Below, piece by piece: positions 16,754 to 24,770 of a DNA stretch of 32,000 nucleotides. The DNA is from an uncultured Nitrososphaerota archaeon (GTDB lineage: Archaea; Korarchaeota; Korarchaeia; Korarchaeales; Korarchaeaceae). The notes below the pieces were generated by a model. The model did not search any database. It was not told where the DNA came from and was given only the letters and a program-made list of their open reading frames with translations. The position numbers and the translations under genes are program-made. The DNA is taken from assembly GCA_964480775.1 (NCBI GenBank), contig CAYZRF010000002.1, positions 90,001-122,000 on the forward strand, in the 5' to 3' direction. Position 1 is the first letter of the stretch; each line of letters starts with the position of its first letter.

Positions 16754-18310
16754 CTAAAATCGTATTAGGTGTTCTCTGTGGATTTCTAGTATCATTCCTT
16801 CTACCTTAACTGGTTCAAGCCCTCTTGTTAGTTCTAAAGCTGCTTGCAATCGACTTTCACTTGAGGAATAAATCTCTAAAAGAGGATCCCCTGGCTCAAC
16901 TCTGTCTCCGCGTTTGCCGAAAACTCTAACCCCCGCTCCTTTGTCTTTAGGTGCGCCAGCAGCTCTAGCGATCCTTGTTATGGCTCTATTGGAAACTGCA
17001 GTAACATATCCCTTCATGGGCGCTCTAACTACCTCTCTATAGGATCCAACTTCAATGTCCTCTGGCTTTATATTGGGATTTCCTCCTTGAGCCTCAATTA
17101 TCTGCTTCATTTTATTGTATGCTCTCTTACTTGTAAGAATATCCCTTGCTAGATTCGAACCTTCTCCAATAGGAGCTATTCCACCCAATTCTAGCAGAAT
17201 TCCTGCAAGAGCAATGGCTTTTTCAACGAGGCTTCCCGCGCCTTTCCCACCAGTAATGAGCGTGGTAAGCGCTTCCCTTGCTTCAAGCGCTGGACCAATG
17301 AACTCTCCTATTGGCTGTCCTCCGTAGGAGATCGCTGCCTCCACCCTTATCCCTAGCCTATCCCCAAGAGTAATCATGTTCCTTGCCATTCTTCTGGCGT
17401 CCTTCATGGTTTCCACTTTAGATTCAGGCCCCGTGGGGATGTCTAATACCATCCTTTTAACGCCCGCAGCATATTTCTTCGACATGATCGAAGCGTAGAT
17501 TAGTGATTCAGGATCAATTGAAAGAGGATGTTCGACCCTTTCTATTAATATAGCATCAACGGGCGAAAGGTTAGCACTTCTGGTCCAAGTAATAACTCCC
17601 CCAATTCTCCTTGTAATTTCTATGATCTCTTCAGCGCTCAAATCGATGGGTGCTAAAACTTCCATAGTATCTACCGTTCCTGAAGGGCTAAGAATTGCAC
17701 GCGTACTCGTTTTTGGTATCATTAGACCAGCAGCAGCCACAATGGGGACGATTAAAAGTGCATCCTTGCTAGCACCGGGAACGCCCCCTATTCCATGCTT
17801 ATCCACAATCAGCGCATCCCCAAAATCAAGCATTGTACCTACTTCAGACATTGCTCTAGTAAGATATTCAATCTCATCCATATCTGCTCCATGGAACTGA
17901 AGGGCAGTGACGAAAGCAGCAAGTTCGACCTTACTGACAACTCCTTCATATATATCCCTAACGAGAGAATAAATCTCTTCTTTCGAGATTTTTTCGCCAA
18001 AAACCTTTTTCTTTATAGTTGCTGAAGACCTAGAGGGCTTTGCCAGCTCAACCTGTACGATAGATCCTTCTTTAAGATCTAAGAATTCGGCAACATCCCG
18101 AAATACACCAATCTCTCCCTCTTTAATGAATTCCTCAGATTCTGAAATGCTCAGAAGAGCAATAGCACCTCTACCATCTAAAGAAGAAATCTTAACTCTA
18201 CTCTCAAAAGCAGCTCCTAATTCGTGGGCGTCTTTTGGACTCATGACTATCCTTGATTCCCCAAGTTCAGTCTTTAGCAGTACCACCTTCAGCTGAATCA
18301 GCTCAATCAC
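16754..18310 (-). CDS. deoA: AMP phosphorylase (archaeal thymidine-phosphorylase family enzyme with an extra N-terminal domain)
   Basis: 518 aa. The length, the N-terminal extension and the DKHGIGGVPG block (versus DKHSTGGVGD in true thymidine phosphorylases) match archaeal AMP phosphorylases. GTG start. Confidence 0.75.
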   Translation of the reverse strand: MIELIQLKVVLLKTELGESRIVMSPKDAHELGAAFESRVKISSLDGRGAIALLSISESEEFIKEGEIGVFRDVAEFLDLKEGSIVQVELAKPSRSSATIKKKVFGEKISKEEIYSLVRDIYEGVVSKVELAAFVTALQFHGADMDEIEYLTRAMSEVGTMLDFGDALIVDKHGIGGVPGASKDALLIVPIVAAAGLMIPKTSTRAILSPSGTVDTMEVLAPIDLSAEEIIEITRRIGGVITWTRSANLSPVDAILIERVEHPLSIDPESLIYASIMSKKYAAGVKRMVLDIPTGPESKVETMKDARRMARNMITLGDRLGIRVEAAISYGGQPIGEFIGPALEAREALTTLITGGKGAGSLVEKAIALAGILLELGGIAPIGEGSNLARDILTSKRAYNKMKQIIEAQGGNPNIKPEDIEVGSYREVVRAPMKGYVTAVSNRAITRIARAAGAPKDKGAGVRVFGKRGDRVEPGDPLLEIYSSSESRLQAALELTRGLEPVKVEGMILEIHREHLIRF

Positions 18311-18493
18311 CCATATGATAAATTAGTGAAAACACTTCTTTAGATCTCTAATTTCAATTTAAAAGTATCTCATATGTAATTCTTTAACTGTATGTGTTGC
18401 TCTTTGTCTACACAGGAATAAAAACCAGCCTCACTTAACCCTTAAAGAAAGGCATAAAATCGATGGCTGGTTCTTTTACGGTAGGAATTAAAG

Positions 18494-19537
18494 ATGGAGC
18501 CGCTGACACATTGGATCGATTTCTTAGAGGACATTTTGCGTAAAGTTGCCAGTCAAAAAAGTGACATAGCCTTAATTCATCACATAACTCCGGATGGAAT
18601 CATAGCCTCGCTTTTTCTGAGGAAAGTCTTAGAAAGCATGGATACTCCAGTAGAGATAACTTCTTCCCTCCCAGAAGATCTTCTGTTTACAATGGAAAGA
18701 ATTGATGAGGCAAAAACCCTAATTCTCGTCGACCTAGTACCCTTGGGGCCTGGGCCGATTTCTGTTGCTCATGAGTTTTTTCCTGGAGGATTCCTTTTAT
18801 TCGATCATGAGAGCATTAATCTTGGCTATGATCTAAAAAACACAATCCGCCTTAACCCACGAATTTTTTCGTTAAATCTTCCAACAAGCTACTCAGCCTA
18901 TCTGGTAGCAGAAAGAATAGATCCATCATCACACAATCTCTCATGGCTAGTTCAAATCGGAATTTACGGCGAAATGACAGAATTTCCCAAGCAAGAAGCT
19001 GAATTAAACATGGAGACAATTCGATATGAGGAAGATATATCGAGAATTTATCAAGCAATATTTTCCCTTTCTTCAGTTCTTGGGGAGAGAGGATCCAAAA
19101 TTGTTTTATCCACTCTAGAAAGCTCTATTGGAGAGTTTTCTATTCTTGATAGGGGAGATCCGCTTCATGCTATCTTCTGGGACGAGGCTAATCAATGTTT
19201 GGAGGAAATAGCAAAACAACTTTCGAAACAACCAAAAATTATAGAGAAGAACTTAGTTGCCCACCAAGTAAGCAACCCAGCCCTCAGGTTTATTATAGCT
19301 GAGCTTGGACTAATGAAATACAAACAAGAGATCCACGTAGCTTACTATTGCAACGATGTTTTAGCTAGGATTTGTGTTAGAAGAAAACCTTCGAGTGAAA
19401 TAAACATCTATGAAAGAGTAAGGGAGATATTGAGTTCAAAAGAATCAAGTATCGTTGGAAGAGAGGATTTCGCAGATGTGTGTATAAGATCAGAGTTCCT
19501 GGAAGATTTACTCAAGTATATGATAGATTTGTCATAG
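18494..19537 (+). CDS. DHH-family protein with degenerate motifs (RecJ/Cdc45-like or NrnA-like)
   Basis: 347 aa. Motif I region ALIHHITPDGIIAS (family consensus H..PDGD..GS), motif II LILVDLV, and motif III LLFDHES where the family has DHH. Confidence 0.4.
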   Translation: MEPLTHWIDFLEDILRKVASQKSDIALIHHITPDGIIASLFLRKVLESMDTPVEITSSLPEDLLFTMERIDEAKTLILVDLVPLGPGPISVAHEFFPGGFLLFDHESINLGYDLKNTIRLNPRIFSLNLPTSYSAYLVAERIDPSSHNLSWLVQIGIYGEMTEFPKQEAELNMETIRYEEDISRIYQAIFSLSSVLGERGSKIVLSTLESSIGEFSILDRGDPLHAIFWDEANQCLEEIAKQLSKQPKIIEKNLVAHQVSNPALRFIIAELGLMKYKQEIHVAYYCNDVLARICVRRKPSSEINIYERVREILSSKESSIVGREDFADVCIRSEFLEDLLKYMIDLS

Positions 19538-19606
19538 TCCAGATGATGTTTTAATTTATGTACCGTTTAGGATCAGATGACATGATCCCTGCGAGGGTGA
19601 CAAATA

Positions 19607-19945
19607 TTGACCCTAAGGATAGGAGTAGCGACAGACGATGGGAAGACTGTAAAGGAGGGAGACTTCAGCGAATCGAAATTCTTTGCAATTTACGATTTAA
19701 CCGGAAGAACGCCCATTAGAGTGGAATTAAGGCCAAATCCATTGAGAGGTAAAAGTAAGGATCCTATGCGGGTTCTTAGGATATTGGGTGATTGTGACGT
19801 TATCATCAGCATGGGATTTGCCCCAGAAAGCATTAAGGATATGGAAGCTAAGGGGATAATTGCACACGAAACAAAAAAGAAGGACGTAGATAAATCAGTC
19901 TTAGAATTTGCGGAGGAACTAGCCCGCCTTGGAATCAGATCTTGA
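19607..19945 (+). CDS. NifB/NifX-like (dinitrogenase FeMo-cofactor-binding fold) small protein
   Basis: 112 aa. The pattern RIGVATDDGKTV....F..SKFFAIYDL and later CDVIISMGFAPESIKDMEAKGI resembles the PF02579-type domain. TTG start, preceded by GGGTGA. Confidence 0.5.
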   Translation: MTLRIGVATDDGKTVKEGDFSESKFFAIYDLTGRTPIRVELRPNPLRGKSKDPMRVLRILGDCDVIISMGFAPESIKDMEAKGIIAHETKKKDVDKSVLEFAEELARLGIRS

Positions 19946-19968
19946 GGAGTACATGTACCTTTTTCTTG

Positions 19969-20667
19969 TTACAGAAGATAAACCGCCATAGCACTTATTA
20001 TAGGGACGGTAAAATTATCAAACGGCTCCAATGGACCCAATGTTAAGGCTTCAGTCACACTACCCGCTGCTGAACCTATAATGGCTTTGAACAAAATACC
20101 CGCCATACTTAGAGAAATGGTTGGAGATAAGTTAAGCATAATCAATCCTGAAGCAGCCCCTAGAAATCCGAAAATAAATAAAGCAAGAGAACCCTCCAGG
20201 CTTCTATCAGACCATGGATAAATATGTCTATTCTTAATCTTACTTGCAAGCAAAGGGGCCATACCATCGCCCCAAGCCATAACATAGATAGAAGCTACGA
20301 TGACATCTTTCCTGTTCCAAAAAAGGCATAATAAAAAGAAAATCGATATAATGTAATATAAGGGACCGTAGTTGTGCCAACTCCCTTTTTTGGAGTAAAA
20401 CATTGACTGTATCATAGGATGCTCTCTTTTTCCTAATAAGAGCAAGAGTAGCAGTGCTAGAAGGCCGCCAGGGATCAGAACTGGCCAATGAACTGAACTA
20501 AACCATCCTATAGCTACTATTGAATCTCCAGCGAAAAGGTGTATAAGCTTCCTAGTTACGCTTGGATGGAAGCCTTTGGCCTTTAGAAACTCTCCAACTT
20601 TGATTATGACCATAACATATGCGTAGACCATCATAAGCAGCAATATGTTCAATAAATTCGTACTCAT
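19969..20667 (-). CDS. CTP-dependent polyprenol (dolichol/phytol) kinase family membrane protein
   Basis: 232 aa, multi-pass membrane protein. TRKLIHLFAG and WGDGMAPLLASKIKNRHIYPWSDRSLEGSLALFIFGF resemble the SRK.VH and GD..A..VG....KS.EGS motifs of dolichol/phytol kinases (CTP_transf_1 superfamily). Confidence 0.55.
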   Translation of the reverse strand: MSTNLLNILLLMMVYAYVMVIIKVGEFLKAKGFHPSVTRKLIHLFAGDSIVAIGWFSSVHWPVLIPGGLLALLLLLLLGKREHPMIQSMFYSKKGSWHNYGPLYYIISIFFLLCLFWNRKDVIVASIYVMAWGDGMAPLLASKIKNRHIYPWSDRSLEGSLALFIFGFLGAASGLIMLNLSPTISLSMAGILFKAIIGSAAGSVTEALTLGPLEPFDNFTVPIISAMAVYLL

Positions 20668-20731
20668 CTCTCCAATTTTATAAAGAGAATATTAAGAGTT
20701 TTGTCTTGCAAGAATAATTAAGGAGACTTAA

Positions 20732-21526
20732 ATGGAGACCATCGACTGGAAAAAGAGGGAAATAGCTTCTACATTCAGAATCCCTGAAGATTTTCCCTTG
20801 ATTGTTAGGGTTGATGGCTGGAAATTTCACAACTTAGCTAAAAAATTAGATTTAAGAAGACCATTTGACGAGAGAATGATTAGATGCTTGGTAGAGGCCG
20901 CTAAAGAGCCCTTTAATCTTGGTTTTCCGGTAATTCTAGCCTATTCCTTTTCAGACGAGATATCTTTTCTTATTAGACCCCCTCTTCCTTTTAAAGGAAG
21001 AGTAGAAAAGCTTGTTTCTGTATTTTCTTCAATTGTTGCGTCAGCTTTTAGTATGACCCTAAAAGAGAGGAACGTAAGAGTCAACGTTGGCTTCGACGGT
21101 AGAGTAGTGGTCGTTAGAGAAGAAGAAATCCCAGAATACTTGTTTTGGAGGCAAGCAGAAGCTTGGAGGAACTGTATTAACGCATATGCTCAATATGCCC
21201 TCATCTCCAAGGGATTAACGCCTCAAAAGGCAGGGAATGAGCTAAAAGGTTTGAAAGCCCCAGAACTCCATGAGCTAGTTTTTCAACAACTCAGCATAAA
21301 TCTGGCAAAGGTACCTTCATGGCAAAGAAGAGGTGTGTTGATATACCTTAAGGAATATGAGAAGGAAGGATTTGATCCTATATTAAACAAAAGAACAATA
21401 GTTAAGAGAAGAAGAATTGTAGAAGACTGGGATCCCCCATTATTCTCCTCAGAGGAAGGAAAGGCTTTCATAATAAGTCTCCTGAAGTCTTTCATGTTAA
21501 GGAACGAAGACTCTAGAAATGATTAG
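20732..21526 (+). CDS. thg1: tRNA(His) guanylyltransferase-like protein (Thg1-like, TLP)
   Basis: 264 aa. LIVRVDGWKFHNLAKKLDLRRPFDERM and AYSFSDEISFL match the conserved Thg1 N-terminal catalytic blocks (RxDG..F, SDE). An AAGGAG Shine-Dalgarno motif precedes the ATG. Confidence 0.85.
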   Translation: METIDWKKREIASTFRIPEDFPLIVRVDGWKFHNLAKKLDLRRPFDERMIRCLVEAAKEPFNLGFPVILAYSFSDEISFLIRPPLPFKGRVEKLVSVFSSIVASAFSMTLKERNVRVNVGFDGRVVVVREEEIPEYLFWRQAEAWRNCINAYAQYALISKGLTPQKAGNELKGLKAPELHELVFQQLSINLAKVPSWQRRGVLIYLKEYEKEGFDPILNKRTIVKRRRIVEDWDPPLFSSEEGKAFIISLLKSFMLRNEDSRND

Positions 21527-21550
21527 AATTCTGTATGGGAGCCAACGGGA

Positions 21551-22051
21551 ATGTCAAAGAGAGCAGCCGTAGCAATATTGCTTAGAGATTGTGGTGAGAT
21601 AGAGATATTGCTAGTGAAGCGCAGGGAGAGGCCACAAGATCCTTGGTCTGGTCAGATTGCTCTCCCAGGGGGGATGCAAAAAGAAAATGAGCATCTTTTA
21701 CAAACTGCTATCAGAGAAACAGAGGAAGAGACCGGAATTTCTCTCTCATATGAAGAAGTTATAGGAACCTTAGAATCGACGAATCCTTCAAACAAACCAG
21801 AAATAGAGGTGATACCATTTATTTTCTTCATATCGAAGAAAAAGGAACCAAAACCTGGAAACGAAATAGAATTCTGTAGATGGGTTCCTATCGAAAAACT
21901 CCTAACAAACAAAGTTGAAAGTAAGCTATCGGATGGAAAGAGAGTTCCAGCATTTAGTTTCGAAAATATAGTTGTATGGGGGATGACTTATCGAATCTTA
22001 CTGGATTTACTGAAATTTCTGAGAGACCTGAGAATTCTTGATATAGAATAG
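21551..22051 (+). CDS. Nudix hydrolase (possibly CoA-pyrophosphatase-like)
   Basis: Nudix box GGMQKENEHLLQTAIRETEEETGI (G x5 E x7 REUxEExGU). The upstream LLVKRRERPQDPWSGQIALPGG partly resembles the CoA-pyrophosphatase signature. Confidence 0.85.
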   Translation: MSKRAAVAILLRDCGEIEILLVKRRERPQDPWSGQIALPGGMQKENEHLLQTAIRETEEETGISLSYEEVIGTLESTNPSNKPEIEVIPFIFFISKKKEPKPGNEIEFCRWVPIEKLLTNKVESKLSDGKRVPAFSFENIVVWGMTYRILLDLLKFLRDLRILDIE

Positions 22052-22061
22052 ATAGTATTTT

Positions 22062-22460
22062 TCATGAAGAAGTCAATTTTTCTGCAAATTCTCTTGATAA
22101 GTAGCTAGCTCTCTCCCAAGCCATATCTCTTGACCATCCTTGCGATACTAACACTCTTTCTATAGCTTTTTCCATCAGAAAGATCTCCTCTCTTTCTATG
22201 CTAAAGTACTTCTCATTGATTTGCTTAGAAATAACAGCAATAATAGATATGATCTCTTCTTTACTCAACAATCTTATACCTGGTCTAAAATATGTCTTGT
22301 AGAGGTGGGGAGTAAATACACACATAAGAGCTTGAATTACCAAATTCCAAGAAACAAGTTCTATTTGTTTCTCATCCGCTCTAGTTCTAAATTTAACGTA
22401 TTTAACGTCATCATAAATCTCGCTGATTGCTAACTCGTACAGCTCTTGGAATAAATCCAA
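22062..22460 (-). CDS. Hypothetical protein (predicted helical, no recognisable motif)
   Basis: 132-aa ORF with a TTG start. It is the only long ORF in this interval and has a non-repetitive composition. I could not assign a family. Confidence 0.4.
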   Translation of the reverse strand: MDLFQELYELAISEIYDDVKYVKFRTRADEKQIELVSWNLVIQALMCVFTPHLYKTYFRPGIRLLSKEEIISIIAVISKQINEKYFSIEREEIFLMEKAIERVLVSQGWSRDMAWERASYLSREFAEKLTSS

Positions 22461-22727
22461 GATGATCCATGAAAGGCATGCTGTGTAAGGTTAAAATGTC
22501 TTTTCACTTCCTAATGTGGTGAAAATAATTACTATTAGGGTTAAAAAGTGAGAATTCATAATAAACGGGATAAGACAGGAATTAAGAAGACTTTAGATTT
22601 GGAATCTTTTGGGTTGAGAAGCTGAATAACAAGGCTTAGATAACCTTCACTCAAACTTAGTAAGCCTACCACATAGTAGGGTCGTAATGTTTAAGATTTT
22701 TAACAAAATATCTTAGCACGAGAGATC

Positions 22728-23909
22728 ATGCCCGATTTTGCTAAAAGAATGAGCATACTGGGTGTTGAGGGAGCGTTTATTGTGCTAGCTAAAGCAAGAG
22801 AATTAGAAAGACAAGGGCGTACTATAGTTCATATGGAAATAGGGCAACCAGACTTTCCAACTCCTAAACACATAATAGATGCTGCTAAAAAAGCCCTAGA
22901 CAGTGGAATGACTTCCTATACCCCCTCAACGGGGATCTATGAACTCAGAGAAGCGGTTGCGGAATATGTATCGAGCAGCAGGGAAGTAGACGTGAGTCCT
23001 GAAGAGGTTGTCATAACAGTTGGAGCAAAATTAGCTATCTTCGGTGCTTTAATGGCTTTTGTTGATCCTGGTGACGAAGTAATAATCCCTGCCCCAGCAT
23101 ATCCCAGTTATGACAGCGTTACTAAGTTTGTTGGGGGAAAACCAATACACATTCCTTTGAGAGAAGAAAGGAAGTTCAGCCCAAGCGGAGAAGAGATCGC
23201 AAGTGCTGTAACTGACAGAACAAAGGTTATCGTCATTAATACACCATGTAATCCTACTGGGGGTGTTTATACAAAGGAAGACTTGAGAGCAATAGTAGAT
23301 GTTGCTCAAGAAAAGGACTTGATTATAGTTTCGGATGAAATTTACGATGAGATCGTGTTTGACGGTAGAAAGCATGAGAGCGTACTCTCTGTTCCGGGAG
23401 CAAAAGAGAGAACCGTGTTAATTGGGGGATTCTCGAAAACTTGGTCAATGACAGGATGGCGACTTGGTTGGGCCGTAGCGCCCAAGGAAATTGTTGAGAA
23501 AATCGCTAAGATTCAGCTAAACACTACATCCTGTCCAGTACACTTCGTACAAATTGCGGCCGTTGAGGCTATAAGAGGACCTCAAGATGACGTTAGAAAG
23601 ATGGTTCAAGAGTATCAAGAACGCAGAGATCTGATTTTCGAAGGGCTAAATTCAATCCCAGGATTCAGCATGATAAAGCCAGCAGCAACATTCTATGCAT
23701 TTCCAAACATAAAGAAGCTTGGAGTTAAAAGCTCTGAACTCGCTGACATGATCCTCAACGAGGCTGGAGTCGCTCTTTTGCCAGGAACTGCATTTGGACC
23801 CGAAGGCGAGGGCTATTTGAGGCTTTCATTTGCTACCAGCAAAGACATGATAAAAGAAGGTTTGAGAAGGATAAAGGAGTTTGTTGAGGAGAAATTCCCA
23901 ATCCTATGA
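22728..23909 (+). CDS. aspC: Aspartate aminotransferase (class I PLP aminotransferase)
   Basis: 393 aa. NTPCNPTGGVY and the PLP-lysine block GFSKTWSMTGWRLGW. The overall layout is that of prokaryotic AspAT subgroup Ib. Confidence 0.8.
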   Translation: MPDFAKRMSILGVEGAFIVLAKARELERQGRTIVHMEIGQPDFPTPKHIIDAAKKALDSGMTSYTPSTGIYELREAVAEYVSSSREVDVSPEEVVITVGAKLAIFGALMAFVDPGDEVIIPAPAYPSYDSVTKFVGGKPIHIPLREERKFSPSGEEIASAVTDRTKVIVINTPCNPTGGVYTKEDLRAIVDVAQEKDLIIVSDEIYDEIVFDGRKHESVLSVPGAKERTVLIGGFSKTWSMTGWRLGWAVAPKEIVEKIAKIQLNTTSCPVHFVQIAAVEAIRGPQDDVRKMVQEYQERRDLIFEGLNSIPGFSMIKPAATFYAFPNIKKLGVKSSELADMILNEAGVALLPGTAFGPEGEGYLRLSFATSKDMIKEGLRRIKEFVEEKFPIL

Positions 23910-24201
23910 AGACTATTCAATATTTCTGTACCAAATGCATCGAATATCGCTGGTTATATCAGGCAACCGAATAAACCTGTATGATCAGAGGTGGAAATTG
24001 TCTCTATTAGTAAAGGTAATGCTTTGGTCAACATAAATTAACCATAACAATTTTAAGCACGCTCTCTTTTTCCAGAGACAGGGATCTGAATGGGAGAGAG
24101 AGGCGTTCTATTTATTATCCGGAGGGATCGTTGGGTCTTCGGCCGCTAAACTAAAGCTCTTCGAGAAGGAGGACCTATTTCCTTATGCATCTCTTCTAAA
24201 A

Positions 24202-24513
24202 TTGGCGCTAAAGGGTCTTTCCCCCTCGCAACGAAAAATTCTTACTAAACTCTTAGATTGGGAACTGGAAAGATACACAATGAGTTCTCTGGCCGCCAGA
24301 CTAACAAACGAAGGCATACCTCTATCCACAGCCAAATGGAGTTTAAGAAACCTCCGATCCTTAGGCTTAATTCATTGCGGGGATGAAGGTAAGAAAGGCA
24401 TTCCAGTTAGATTGACTTCTCTTGGCAGGTTGTTGGCAGAGATCGCTAAAAAAGATATGATAGATGAAGTAAGCAAATCGAACAATGAAATCAGAGAGGT
24501 CATAGAGGTATAA
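24202..24513 (+). CDS. Winged helix-turn-helix transcriptional regulator (ArsR/MarR/TrmB-like); 5' end uncertain
   Basis: LSPSQRKILTKLLD...YTMSSLAARLTNEGIPLSTAKWSLRNLRSLGLI is a typical wHTH pattern. The track start is TTG 24202, but the frame stays open upstream to 24037 (see findings). Confidence 0.6.
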   Translation: MALKGLSPSQRKILTKLLDWELERYTMSSLAARLTNEGIPLSTAKWSLRNLRSLGLIHCGDEGKKGIPVRLTSLGRLLAEIAKKDMIDEVSKSNNEIREVIEV

Positions 24514-24551
24514 GGAGGTGCCAGGGTAATCCAGCGAAAAAATACTCTCGA

Positions 24552-24584
24552 GGGGAACGGCGGTGCCCCGCACATCTCTTTTTT
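24552..24584 (+). terminator. Short GC hairpin plus T6 run downstream of the wHTH gene
   Basis: GGGG (24552-24555) can pair with CCCC (24566-24569), followed by TTTTTT at 24579-24584. Confidence 0.35.
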
Positions 24585-24770
24585 CTATAAGCTTAGAGAT
24601 ATTATTATCCAAAAGACTAGATTATCAGGGAGATACCTATACTTGGCAAGATATTTGAAAGGAAAACTTATTACCTGCTGATATCTGCTCTGCTATCTCC
24701 AGTTCCGTCTGTTATAAGCTATTTACATTCTAAAATAGACTCAAGGCCGAGGAAGAAACTTCTTCTGCTA

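Noticed and set aside
17152-17161. GGTTCGAATC (minus strand), a perfect tRNA T-loop-like motif
   Set aside because: The flanking bases cannot form a T stem or the rest of a cloverleaf, and the motif lies inside the well-supported AMP phosphorylase CDS.
19541-19600. ATGATG / AGATGA words plus a GGATCA...TGATCC hairpin upstream of the NifX-like gene (possible C/D sRNA)
   Set aside because: Box C matches only 6 of 7 positions and there is no box D (CTGC instead of CTGA). The motifs are more simply explained as leader sequence with the GGGTGA Shine-Dalgarno motif.
24511-24522. Very strong Shine-Dalgarno-like TAAGGAGGTGCC at the wHTH stop codon, with a vague resemblance of flanking sequence to the 16S rRNA 3' end
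   Set aside because: No start codon or ORF follows within a usable distance (GTG CCA GGG TAA stops at once). The similarity to 16S is only a few short words.
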